Counted from the stretch's first letter, positions 40,852 through 48,878 are shown. The stretch: DNA of 64,000 nt from Longimicrobium sp. (GCA_035691085.1 DASSJS010000264.1:375-64374); one strand, 5' to 3'. Made by a program: numbers and translations. Notes: generated from the sequence alone by a model not told the origin.

Positions 40852-41763
40852 ATGCTGTATGATCGCGATATTGTGAGAGTGCGTGAGAAGCTGGAGTTCT
40901 TTAAGAAGGCAGCAATCTGGCCATTGGAATTTAGTTTTGACCCGGAAGGTTGGCTTACAAATTTCCGGGATGACGAACTGGACGTTGCTGTCGCTCTTCT
41001 CGATGGATTTTCATACTTCGCACCGGAGCTTACCAAAAAGATTCTCAGCACTGCTTTCCATCGACTGAGCCACTACGTGGCAGACCCTTCGAGTGCGCCT
41101 GCTGAACGGATAAATCTTTGGGACGGGTTTCGGGAAAGCGTGATTATCACGTATCCGACGGACGAACGACCAGGAGCTACAGACAGCGGGCGCACCTACC
41201 TCCGCAAGGCGAGAACAATTCTTGGGCTAGAGCAAGAGCAGTATATGGATCCAGTTGATGCGCTTTCCGCGCGTATTTTAGATCCGTCTAGACCACTAAT
41301 CTTTCTTGATGATTTCGCCGGAAGTGGGAATCAATTTTGTGAGACTTGGCATAGACCCTACATGATCGCTGGACGGCGTTGGTCTTTCAACTCGGCAGGT
41401 GGTGCAGGACTTTTGGCGTATATTCCGATACTCAGTTCCCACATGGCAGTTCGGAGCATTGATCGATGTGCATCGAACGTCCTGTTTCTACCAGGGCATG
41501 TCGTAGGGGAGGAATATTCCGCCTTCCACCCTGAGTCAGTGCTTTGGCCATCGCCGGAAGTGCAACAGAAAGCCCGAGATGTTATCTACGAGGCGAGCGC
41601 GCGCGCCGGGATTCCACTCGGCGATGGATCCGTGCCGGACGATTGGTGCGGATACCGAGAGTTAGGACTAGCGTTGGCGATTGACGACACCATTCCCGAT
41701 GCCTGCCTAACGATTCTGTACTGGAACGCGAATGGCTGGCAACCGTTGTTCAGGAGGCCGTAA
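40852..41763 (+). CDS. Operon gene A: PRTase-like protein (303 aa)
   Basis: Low-GC ORF. PLIFLDDFAGSGNQF resembles the PRPP-binding loop of type I phosphoribosyltransferases (hhhhDDhxxTGxT). The TAA stop abuts the gene B ATG. Confidence 0.75.
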   Translation: MLYDRDIVRVREKLEFFKKAAIWPLEFSFDPEGWLTNFRDDELDVAVALLDGFSYFAPELTKKILSTAFHRLSHYVADPSSAPAERINLWDGFRESVIITYPTDERPGATDSGRTYLRKARTILGLEQEQYMDPVDALSARILDPSRPLIFLDDFAGSGNQFCETWHRPYMIAGRRWSFNSAGGAGLLAYIPILSSHMAVRSIDRCASNVLFLPGHVVGEEYSAFHPESVLWPSPEVQQKARDVIYEASARAGIPLGDGSVPDDWCGYRELGLALAIDDTIPDACLTILYWNANGWQPLFRRP

Positions 41764-43644
41764 ATGCAAGAGGATGTATTCACCGCTTTACGGGCGGTAT
41801 TCGGTCGGTATAAGGCCGAGTGGCTACGTGGGGATGTTTTTCGTCTGTTCCAGAAACCCGGGTACTTTCCGGAATTGGAAGAGCCGAGGCCGACTGCACT
41901 CATCGGAGGACGGGGGACAGGTAAAACCAGTGTATTAAAGAGCCTTTCCTATAGAGGGCATTTCGAGTTAAGTGGCAAGTCTGCCGCAGCCGCTGTTAAC
42001 GCCCCGTACGTCGGACTGTATTGGTGCATCGATTCTAACCGGGTTACAGCTTTTGCTGGGCCTGAGCTCGAGCCCAAGCAGTGGATAAGGCTGTTTGCAC
42101 ACTATGTTAACTTGGAAATCGTAGCGATGTTTTGTGAGTATGTCCTTTGGTTTGAAAACACGACTGGAACAACTGTCACGGTGCCACAATCCAGACTAGC
42201 GAAAGTTGGGACTGCTCTCCACATCACGGGTGCGGCGACGATAAACGAGCTCGCGTCTAAGGTGAGTGAAGCGCTGGTTACTTTGGAAGCTAGCATCAAC
42301 TCCGTTGCGGATCGCGCAAATGCCCCGCTGAGCATGCAAAGCGTGCCGATCGAGTACTTAGCGGAGGCCCTGATTTCAACTGATGCCTTCAGTGGAAAGG
42401 TTTTTTACATAGTTGTTGACGAATTTGAGAACTTGGACGAAACGCAACAATCTCTGTTCAACACGCTCATCAAGCATGGCCGTGACAAGTTTGCGTTCAA
42501 GATTGGAATGAAAGACTCGGGATGGCGGACCAAAGCCACCCTTAATGGTGAAATCTTGACGCATCCGGCAGACTACGACCTGATCGATCTATCGGAACGT
42601 TTTGGTAATGGTCAGTACCCGAGTTTTGCTCGTGAAGTATGTGAGGCTCGGTTGGCTCACGCCTTTGTAAGGGCGGGTCTTGTAAACATGCCTCCGGAGA
42701 TTCCCTCCTATTTTCAAGACCTTGCGGTGGATGAAGAGGCTCGACTGCTGGGGTTAGGTCGGCGGATCGCCCCAATTCGCGCGAGTGTTATGAAGGACCC
42801 TAACGCCTCCGAGCTGTTGAACGATCTCTCGGATCTCGACCTGTACTACCTCCACCGGCGGGCAGAGAGTGAGAGTGTATCTTTGACCGAGATCTTGGCT
42901 GAATACAGTTTGAATCCCAAAGGCTATCTATCTAGCTACAGAGAAAACTACCGACAGTCCTTGCTATTTACGATAAGCGAGCACTCCGGGAAAGGCCTGC
43001 AAAAGTACTATTCAGGATGGAATACCCTCACAAAGGTATCCGGCGGGAACATTCGTTATTTAGTGGAAATCGTGGAGCGGGCATTTGAACTCCACCGCAC
43101 TACAAGTAACGACATTCGCAAGGCTGTATCAGCTCGCGATCAAACAGAGGCTTGTATTGCTGTGGGACGCAAGTACGTGCAAGAAGTACAGGCTTTAGAC
43201 CCACAGGGACACAGGCTCACATTCCTGCTACTTGGCCTCGGTCGTCTGCTGAATCTTCTAGCGCGCCATTCTCTTGGGAAGCAGCCAGATACAACGTCAT
43301 TTGTACTTGCGCGTCCCACTTCTCAGGAGATAGCCCAAGAACTTGATGATCTGTTGCGTATCGCGGTGATGCATCAGGTACTGCGGAAGTGGCCAGCGAC
43401 TAAATTGACGAGTCACACCGAAGCGAAGGAATCCGAGTATTCTGTGCATCCAATCTTTGCTGCGTTCTTTGTATTCCCTTATCAGAAGAAACGTCGGATC
43501 AGGATTTCGGGTGAGGATCTACTACTGCTCTCTGTGGACCTGAAGGCTGGGTTGGCGGCGGTACTGAATGCTGTCGGACAGCCCGATGATCCTACTGAGG
43601 CTCTTCCACGGCAACTGAGTCTTTTCGAGGCAGCATATGAGTGA
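41764..43644 (+). CDS. Operon gene B: P-loop NTPase, ORC/Cdc6-like AAA+/STAND-like (626 aa)
   Basis: Walker A LIGGRGTGKTSV, Walker B VFYIVVDEFENL, and a long helical C-terminal region. Translationally coupled on both sides. Confidence 0.8.
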   Translation: MQEDVFTALRAVFGRYKAEWLRGDVFRLFQKPGYFPELEEPRPTALIGGRGTGKTSVLKSLSYRGHFELSGKSAAAAVNAPYVGLYWCIDSNRVTAFAGPELEPKQWIRLFAHYVNLEIVAMFCEYVLWFENTTGTTVTVPQSRLAKVGTALHITGAATINELASKVSEALVTLEASINSVADRANAPLSMQSVPIEYLAEALISTDAFSGKVFYIVVDEFENLDETQQSLFNTLIKHGRDKFAFKIGMKDSGWRTKATLNGEILTHPADYDLIDLSERFGNGQYPSFAREVCEARLAHAFVRAGLVNMPPEIPSYFQDLAVDEEARLLGLGRRIAPIRASVMKDPNASELLNDLSDLDLYYLHRRAESESVSLTEILAEYSLNPKGYLSSYRENYRQSLLFTISEHSGKGLQKYYSGWNTLTKVSGGNIRYLVEIVERAFELHRTTSNDIRKAVSARDQTEACIAVGRKYVQEVQALDPQGHRLTFLLLGLGRLLNLLARHSLGKQPDTTSFVLARPTSQEIAQELDDLLRIAVMHQVLRKWPATKLTSHTEAKESEYSVHPIFAAFFVFPYQKKRRIRISGEDLLLLSVDLKAGLAAVLNAVGQPDDPTEALPRQLSLFEAAYE

Positions 43645-44620
43645 ACGGATTCTCTTGCCGGTTTGCACTGGCCGCTTCACCTCGCGGGCCTCCTTCAACG
43701 TGCGTCCTGGCGCGGTATACATCTACGGAGAGTCGCTTGAGAATCGCAGCCACCTTCCGCAGAGTTGGATGGAAACGCAGGATTGCCACTTTTTTCGAGT
43801 GGAAGAACAGGAATATGAGCGTTTTGCGTTCACAGTTGCTGGGCGGGAATATCGCCTGCGCAGTCGCATCGATGTAGAGGCTTTCATAGATCACATTCTG
43901 GCAGTTTCCCCAGTCGTCTATGTAGACATCACAGGACTTAGTCACCATGTCTGGGCGCCCTTGATTTCGGAAATAGTGCTAAGGGTGGCCCGATTCCCAA
44001 ATGCGGGCATTCAATTAGCCGCAGTGTATGTAGAACCCGTGCATTATACCAAGTCGAAAGTCCCGCGTCCGGGCGACATCTTCGCACTGAGTGATAAATT
44101 GCATGGTATACGCCCGTTACCCGGGCTTGTCCGTCTTCGGCGACATGAGAGTGACAAGGCGATGATTGTAGCGCTTCTCGGATTCGAAGGGTGGCGCTTC
44201 GATGCAGTGCTTGCGAAGCTTGAACCGGACGCTGGGACTGTTGTACCGGTGATCGGTGTTCCTGGATTTCGCGCGGAGTACCCGTTCTACACCCTCGAAG
44301 GCAACATAATTCCGCTTGAGCGAGATGGTAACTGGACTCGGCGGAAGTTCGCGACGGCGAATGATCCTTTCGAAGTTTACCACATTCTCGAAATGCTGCA
44401 GACTCGACACCCTGAGACCCTTCTCAGGGTTGCATTGGTCGGGACGAAGCCCCATGCTCTCGGTGCCGTTATCTTCCATGCGGTGCACCCGGGGATGAGT
44501 GAACTCATCTACGATAACCCAGTACGGAGTGCCGGACGGACCGACTCTGACCGAACGCTCTTGGAGTACGACGTCTCCTCGTTCCTTGGGATGATGAACG
44601 ACCCAAGCTTCGCCGCATAA
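43637..44620 (+). CDS. Operon gene C: unknown protein with alternating beta/alpha (Rossmann-like) pattern (327 aa)
   Basis: The start overlaps the gene B stop by 8 nt. Strand-like segments VVYVDITGLSHH, AMIVALLGFEG, VVPVIGVPGF and LRVALVGTKPHALG. No catalytic motif recognised. Confidence 0.7.
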   Translation: MSERILLPVCTGRFTSRASFNVRPGAVYIYGESLENRSHLPQSWMETQDCHFFRVEEQEYERFAFTVAGREYRLRSRIDVEAFIDHILAVSPVVYVDITGLSHHVWAPLISEIVLRVARFPNAGIQLAAVYVEPVHYTKSKVPRPGDIFALSDKLHGIRPLPGLVRLRRHESDKAMIVALLGFEGWRFDAVLAKLEPDAGTVVPVIGVPGFRAEYPFYTLEGNIIPLERDGNWTRRKFATANDPFEVYHILEMLQTRHPETLLRVALVGTKPHALGAVIFHAVHPGMSELIYDNPVRSAGRTDSDRTLLEYDVSSFLGMMNDPSFAA

Positions 44621-44630
44621 CGAGTTCTAG

Positions 44631-45773
44631 ATGGCCACTCTTCCGAGTAGAGTGATGATCGACGCCCACTACACGCCGCCCTCGATCGCACGAGAACTTA
44701 TCAGCCACGTTGGTCGGCTGCTTCCGGGCTCTATTGCCGACTTCGCGGCTGGGGGCGGCGAGTTGCTCCTACAAGCTGCGAATAGGTGGCCGAGACGCGA
44801 ATTCGCTGCTTGCGATATCTCGCGCCAAGCTGTGGCCAGACTTTCCAGGGAACGACCCGAGTGGAAAATCGGCACGTGTGATTTCTATTCTTCGCGTTCG
44901 CGGGCAGCTTCGCGGGTTCTTCGTTCTGTGCGGGGCGATGTGGCGCTGTGTCTCGCAAACCCTCCGTTTTCCTATCGTGGTGGTGAGCAGTGGCGAGTTG
45001 TTCCGGCAACAGGGACGTCTCTTTTCTGTGGTCCAGCGATGGCATTCCTCCTGAATGCCGTTGAATATCTCCGACCGGGTGGACAATTGGTGGCCATCGT
45101 CCCTGCCAATGCCCTTAGGAGTGCGAAGGACGAGGCGGCAGTCAATTTTCTGAACGAGTCGGGGACGCTAAAACTACTCGACAGTTATCCCAGAGGAGCG
45201 TTTCCAAACTGCACTTCTCAAACTGTAAGTATTAGTTACCACCGCGACAGGGTATCGCGCGAAGTTGAGGTTGTTGGGAAAGAGGTTCGCGCCGTAAGGG
45301 TGGAGGTTGAACTTACTCGGGGAAGCACCCCGATGCACTCCGTTCTGCCTCTCGGCGCTGGGCACATACCTGTCGTGCACACGTCAGATCTCCGGAACAA
45401 CACTGTGCAGCGCCCTAATCATGGGGTCACACGGGCTAATAACGTTGTTCGTGGTCCCGCAGTGTTAGTTCCTCGAGTCGGGAAGCCACAAAGCGACAAA
45501 GTTGCAATTTACACAGCCGACGATCCGGTCGTACTGTCCGACTGCGTATTTGCGATTAGGTGTGCATCTGCAGGCGACGCTCTATACGTTCTAAACATCC
45601 TCTTGGCGAATTGGGTAATCCTTTGTCGAGTATATCACGGAACGTGCGCACCATATATCACGATTAAGGACTTGGTGGGAGCATTACATGGCATGGGAAT
45701 ACACGTGTGTGCCCGTTCGTCAGAGGTGCATAGCAACAACCTGCAACAAATCGCAGCGACGGTGGTCATCTAG
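44631..45773 (+). CDS. Operon gene D: gamma-class N6-adenine DNA methyltransferase (380 aa)
   Basis: Motif I IADFAAGGGELL (AdoMet binding) precedes motif IV LANPPFSY (NPPF/Y). The C-terminal about 180 aa are plausibly the target-recognition domain. Confidence 0.85.
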   Translation: MATLPSRVMIDAHYTPPSIARELISHVGRLLPGSIADFAAGGGELLLQAANRWPRREFAACDISRQAVARLSRERPEWKIGTCDFYSSRSRAASRVLRSVRGDVALCLANPPFSYRGGEQWRVVPATGTSLFCGPAMAFLLNAVEYLRPGGQLVAIVPANALRSAKDEAAVNFLNESGTLKLLDSYPRGAFPNCTSQTVSISYHRDRVSREVEVVGKEVRAVRVEVELTRGSTPMHSVLPLGAGHIPVVHTSDLRNNTVQRPNHGVTRANNVVRGPAVLVPRVGKPQSDKVAIYTADDPVVLSDCVFAIRCASAGDALYVLNILLANWVILCRVYHGTCAPYITIKDLVGALHGMGIHVCARSSEVHSNNLQQIAATVVI

Positions 45774-45852
45774 GCATGTCGGGAATCCTGACGCGGTTCA
45801 ACGCGGTGTCGCGCAGCCCCATTCCGACGGAGAAACCCGCGCCAACTGTTCG

Positions 45853-46206
45853 CTACACGCCGCCGCCCACACGCTCGTAGCGGTAGCGCACCGTCCGCTG
45901 GGGCGTGAAGACGAGGCGCTCGAGCCGCACCTCGTTTCCCGAGAAGACGCCCTTCTGCTGCTCGGAATGGCCAGTCTCGGCGTCGAACAGGTTGATCGTG
46001 TCGCCGCAGGGGCCGCGCAGCTCGAAGCGCCCGCCGCCGTAGTGCATCCACGACGTGACGGGCGGCGGATCATCGTCGCACCAAGCGCGCGCCTCGCTCT
46101 GCTGGGCGTAGGTGCCATCCGCGCGCAGCGTGACCACATTGCGGATGAGGAACGACGTGCACGTCCGGCCGGCGAGCCACGCCTCGCCGACGACACGTTC
46201 ACACAT
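45853..46206 (-). CDS. Hypothetical protein (117 aa)
   Basis: Only the C-terminal part (MCERVVGEAWLAGRTC...RYRYERVGGGV) of ORF 45853..46902 has protein-like composition. GGAAAG lies upstream of the ATG at 46206. An alternative ATG is at 46263. Confidence 0.45.
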   Translation of the reverse strand: MCERVVGEAWLAGRTCTSFLIRNVVTLRADGTYAQQSEARAWCDDDPPPVTSWMHYGGGRFELRGPCGDTINLFDAETGHSEQQKGVFSGNEVRLERLVFTPQRTVRYRYERVGGGV

Positions 46207-46356
46207 CCCGCTTTCCGTTCTGTTCGTCACAATGTATCGTGGCTGGTCCGCCGTACACTGCATCCCGGGGGCACATCGGGCACTCTCTTCTGCCGGCCTC
46301 TGGCATCGGCCGCGAACGCCGCGGACCTGCGCATTCACCATTCCAGTGAGGACGCC

Positions 46357-46533
46357 ATGGAAAAGCTGAGGCTGAACGTGGAGGAACTGACGGTGCAGTC
46401 GTTCGCCACGGACGATGCGGACGCGCAGATGGGCACCGTGCAGGGGCAGGAGGTGGCGGCGCCGAGCGCCTTCTACACGCGTTGCTGTCAGACGAACGAA
46501 GTCCAGTCGTGCCCGGCCCGCTGCACCCCGTGA
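46357..46533 (+). CDS. RiPP-precursor-like peptide P3 (58 aa, 4 Cys)
   Basis: Internal ATG of ORF 45688..46533 with GAGGA upstream. MEKLRLNVEELTVQSFATDDADAQMGTVQG is followed by QEVAAPSAFYTRCCQTNEVQSCPARCTP. Confidence 0.6.
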   Translation: MEKLRLNVEELTVQSFATDDADAQMGTVQGQEVAAPSAFYTRCCQTNEVQSCPARCTP

Positions 46534-46642
46534 GCGGTCGAACCACGACCCGACCAACGGGCCTCCGGAGTGAATGATCGCCGCAGTGACGGATGGAGAG
46601 GTTTGGAGGCACCGGGGCGGGGAAGAACGCAGGCGGAAATTC

Positions 46643-46670
46643 GGCCCCGGCGATCCAGATCGCCGGGGCC
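46643..46670. terminator. Hairpin ggccccggcg-N8-cgccggggcc (left copy of a duplicated terminator)
   Basis: 10-bp stem between P3 (+) and the AKR fragment (-). Its counterpart lies at 49567..49593. Confidence 0.55.
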
Positions 46671-46708
46671 GAGTCACGTCAGCACGTGAGCAGGGAAGCC
46701 GACCGGCC

Positions 46709-46906
46709 TCAATCCGCCGCGGCCGTCTCCACCACCTGGGGCGCGCCGGGGAAGCCGTCGCCGGCGTAGCGGTAGTGCGGGCCCAGGTCGCTGCCGTCGC
46801 GGACCATGGTGCCCTTGTAGCGCATGTGCTCCTCGTGCACGCCGAAGTTGATGCGCTGCAACTCGTCGATGCGGCGCAGGCGGTCCGGAGTAGCCCAAGC
46901 ACGAGG
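46709..46906 (-). pseudogene. 3'-terminal fragment (about 65 codons) of an aldo/keto reductase gene, duplicate of the 3' end of 49634..50734
   Basis: About 180 bp are nearly identical to 49631..49808. It encodes ...RRIDELQRINFGVHEEHMRYKGTMVRDGSDLGPHYRYAGDGFPGAPQVVETAAAD and is bounded upstream by an in-frame TAG. Confidence 0.8.
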
Positions 46907-47081
46907 CTAGACGAGACAACTTCGCTTAAAGAACTTGCCTTTTGTGCCGATCCATCTTTATCGTACTGGCAATTCCATAGGAGTCTATACCCTGCAGGAA
47001 TGCGTTGCGGAGGTCACGACTTGCGTTCGGGCGCACGATGGCGGGTGCGCGAAGATTTACATCATTCCGGGAGATATTGCG

Positions 47082-47519
47082 ATGTGGCGAGTCATCTCGG
47101 CAGGGACCGTCTTCGCGCTCACCGCGATCGCGGCAGCGTGCGAAACGACGGGTGGGGCGCTCGGCACGATGGAACCACCCAGGAACTATACCGAGCTCAG
47201 GATGACCACCCGTGACGAGAGCTACCACCTCTCGCAATCTCAGCACGACCTGGTGCGCCGCGGGTTCGATGTGAACGCGCTCGAGCGCCTTTTGTCGCAC
47301 GTGCCGGTGTCACGGCGCGAGGAGATTCTCTCATCCTTCCTGTTATCGACTAACAACGAGATGCACGAGCTCTGGTACATCGGTGATCCGGGACTGCAGT
47401 CAATTCTGGAGGAGGTGTGGGCTCCGACATGGGAGCATCGCACGGCGGCGGAGATCGAGGCGGATCGCACGGAGCGCCCAGGTAAGCGTCTCGCCCTCGC
47501 CCGGCTGCGTTCGCGTTAG
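47082..47519 (+). CDS. Hypothetical lipoprotein (145 aa)
   Basis: Internal ATG (MWRVISAGTVFALTAIAAAC) of ORF 46935..47519, with signal peptide plus lipobox. Confidence 0.55.
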   Translation: MWRVISAGTVFALTAIAAACETTGGALGTMEPPRNYTELRMTTRDESYHLSQSQHDLVRRGFDVNALERLLSHVPVSRREEILSSFLLSTNNEMHELWYIGDPGLQSILEEVWAPTWEHRTAAEIEADRTERPGKRLALARLRSR

Positions 47520-47566
47520 AACGCCTCCCCCAAGTCTCCCTCGATCACGCATCCGAGGAGCTCACC

Positions 47567-48271
47567 ATGCGCATACGTCCGATATCTGCACTTCTTCTAG
47601 CCCTCGCCTGCGCTTCTATTTGGCCCTCGTATTTGTTCGCGCAGTATAGCCAACTGGAGCCAATGGCCTGTCCGTACAGGCTCAACCAGTTCCGGGTGGC
47701 TGTCGAGGCGCCGTCCGGTGAGAAGTACTTCTTCGTGGCGGATTGGATCCACGCATCCAACATCGGCAGCGGCGTCTCCAGCGCCTTCTACGATGTTGAT
47801 ACAACGCTCGGGCCATACTCGCCGCTCGGGCTGACGTCAGATGACGGAAAGGCCAGGTGGAAGTACCCAGGGATCTACGTTTCCTGCCACAAGCGTGTCT
47901 ACTATCGGGCGGATCGCTCGATAGAAAACGTGGTCCCGATCTACCGCGTGGAGTACACGGAAGGCGATATCCAGGAACTCGCGAGCACCTGCGGCCCGAA
48001 AACCTCCTACGCGGAGTATGACCCGTACGCCCCCACCAACGACGAAGACTGCTCGCACGACGGTTCCGGCAGCGGCGGTGGAAGCGGTATCCAGTTTGAA
48101 CCCGGCGACAGCACCGGCGGTGAGACAGTCGACTGGCAGACAGGAATCGGAAACGGCGGGGTCAGCGCCTGCGGGACGGCTGCTACCGTCGAGTACATCT
48201 GCATCGACCTATGGAACGACTTCGAGCAGAAGTGGGACCTGTACTCCTGCGGCTACGCAACAACCTGCTGA
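47567..48271 (+). CDS. Secreted hypothetical protein (234 aa), Cys-containing with Gly/Ser linker
   Basis: Signal peptide MRIRPISALLLALACASIWPSYLFAQ. Lower GC than the flanks. No family recognised. Confidence 0.6.
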   Translation: MRIRPISALLLALACASIWPSYLFAQYSQLEPMACPYRLNQFRVAVEAPSGEKYFFVADWIHASNIGSGVSSAFYDVDTTLGPYSPLGLTSDDGKARWKYPGIYVSCHKRVYYRADRSIENVVPIYRVEYTEGDIQELASTCGPKTSYAEYDPYAPTNDEDCSHDGSGSGGGSGIQFEPGDSTGGETVDWQTGIGNGGVSACGTAATVEYICIDLWNDFEQKWDLYSCGYATTC

Positions 48272-48283
48272 ACGGAGCAGACC

Positions 48284-48763
48284 ATGCGATCCCCGATCCT
48301 CACCGCGCTCGTCGCACTCATCCTGTTCGTGGCTGACGCGCACACGCAACGTGCCGGTCCCCCAGCCAAGGGGTCGCCGCGCGTACCGCTCACGATTGCG
48401 GTCGTGAACGAGCTCCCCCACTTGGGCGCGCCGTACGAGATCCTCCGCCGTACGTCAGGAGCGAACCTGGACGTTGTGCTGCTCCCTGAAGGTGCGACGG
48501 TGGCGCAGTTCTCCGACGCGATCCGGGGTGTGCTCACGGCGAGAGCGGCGGGTGGCGATACGGCAACCGAACCCGCGGTGCTTCGCGTGCGCCAGCGGTC
48601 CGGCGTGGACCTTCGCCCCGTGTTTCCATGGGCGCGCCGTGTCCTTTCCGACGTGGAGCATGCGCCCGTGCGTCCTCTGGAGGGTGTCGGCATGGCACGG
48701 ACGGTCCAGATCTGGCTGCCAGCCCAGCATCCGCACACCAGGCCGCAGCGGTCATCCAACTGA
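48284..48763 (+). CDS. Secreted hypothetical protein (159 aa)
   Basis: Signal peptide MRSPILTALVALILFVADAHTQ. Starts 12 nt after the previous stop. Confidence 0.55.
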   Translation: MRSPILTALVALILFVADAHTQRAGPPAKGSPRVPLTIAVVNELPHLGAPYEILRRTSGANLDVVLLPEGATVAQFSDAIRGVLTARAAGGDTATEPAVLRVRQRSGVDLRPVFPWARRVLSDVEHAPVRPLEGVGMARTVQIWLPAQHPHTRPQRSSN

Positions 48764-48878
48764 ACGGCCGTTGGGATACACCGCCGGGCGAGAGCGCGAG
48801 AGGCAGCGCCCTCGCCCACCGACGTGCTTATATTCCGCTCGCTTGTCGTAAGCCAGAACGCCAGACTCGGAATGCGAG

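Noticed and set aside
43637-44620. Search for a PD-(D/E)xK, HNH, PLD or GIY-YIG nuclease signature in gene C, and in A and B.
   Set aside because: I found only chance-level fragments (e.g. D...E-P-V-H-Y-T-K) and nothing with correct spacing. I therefore do not call any nuclease, and the effector remains unknown.
45853-46902. Full 349-aa minus-strand ORF.
   Set aside because: Only the last 117 codons look protein-like. The upstream 230 codons are Ala/Arg/Thr/Ser/Cys-rich, run antisense to peptide P3, and run through the AKR fragment in a different frame.
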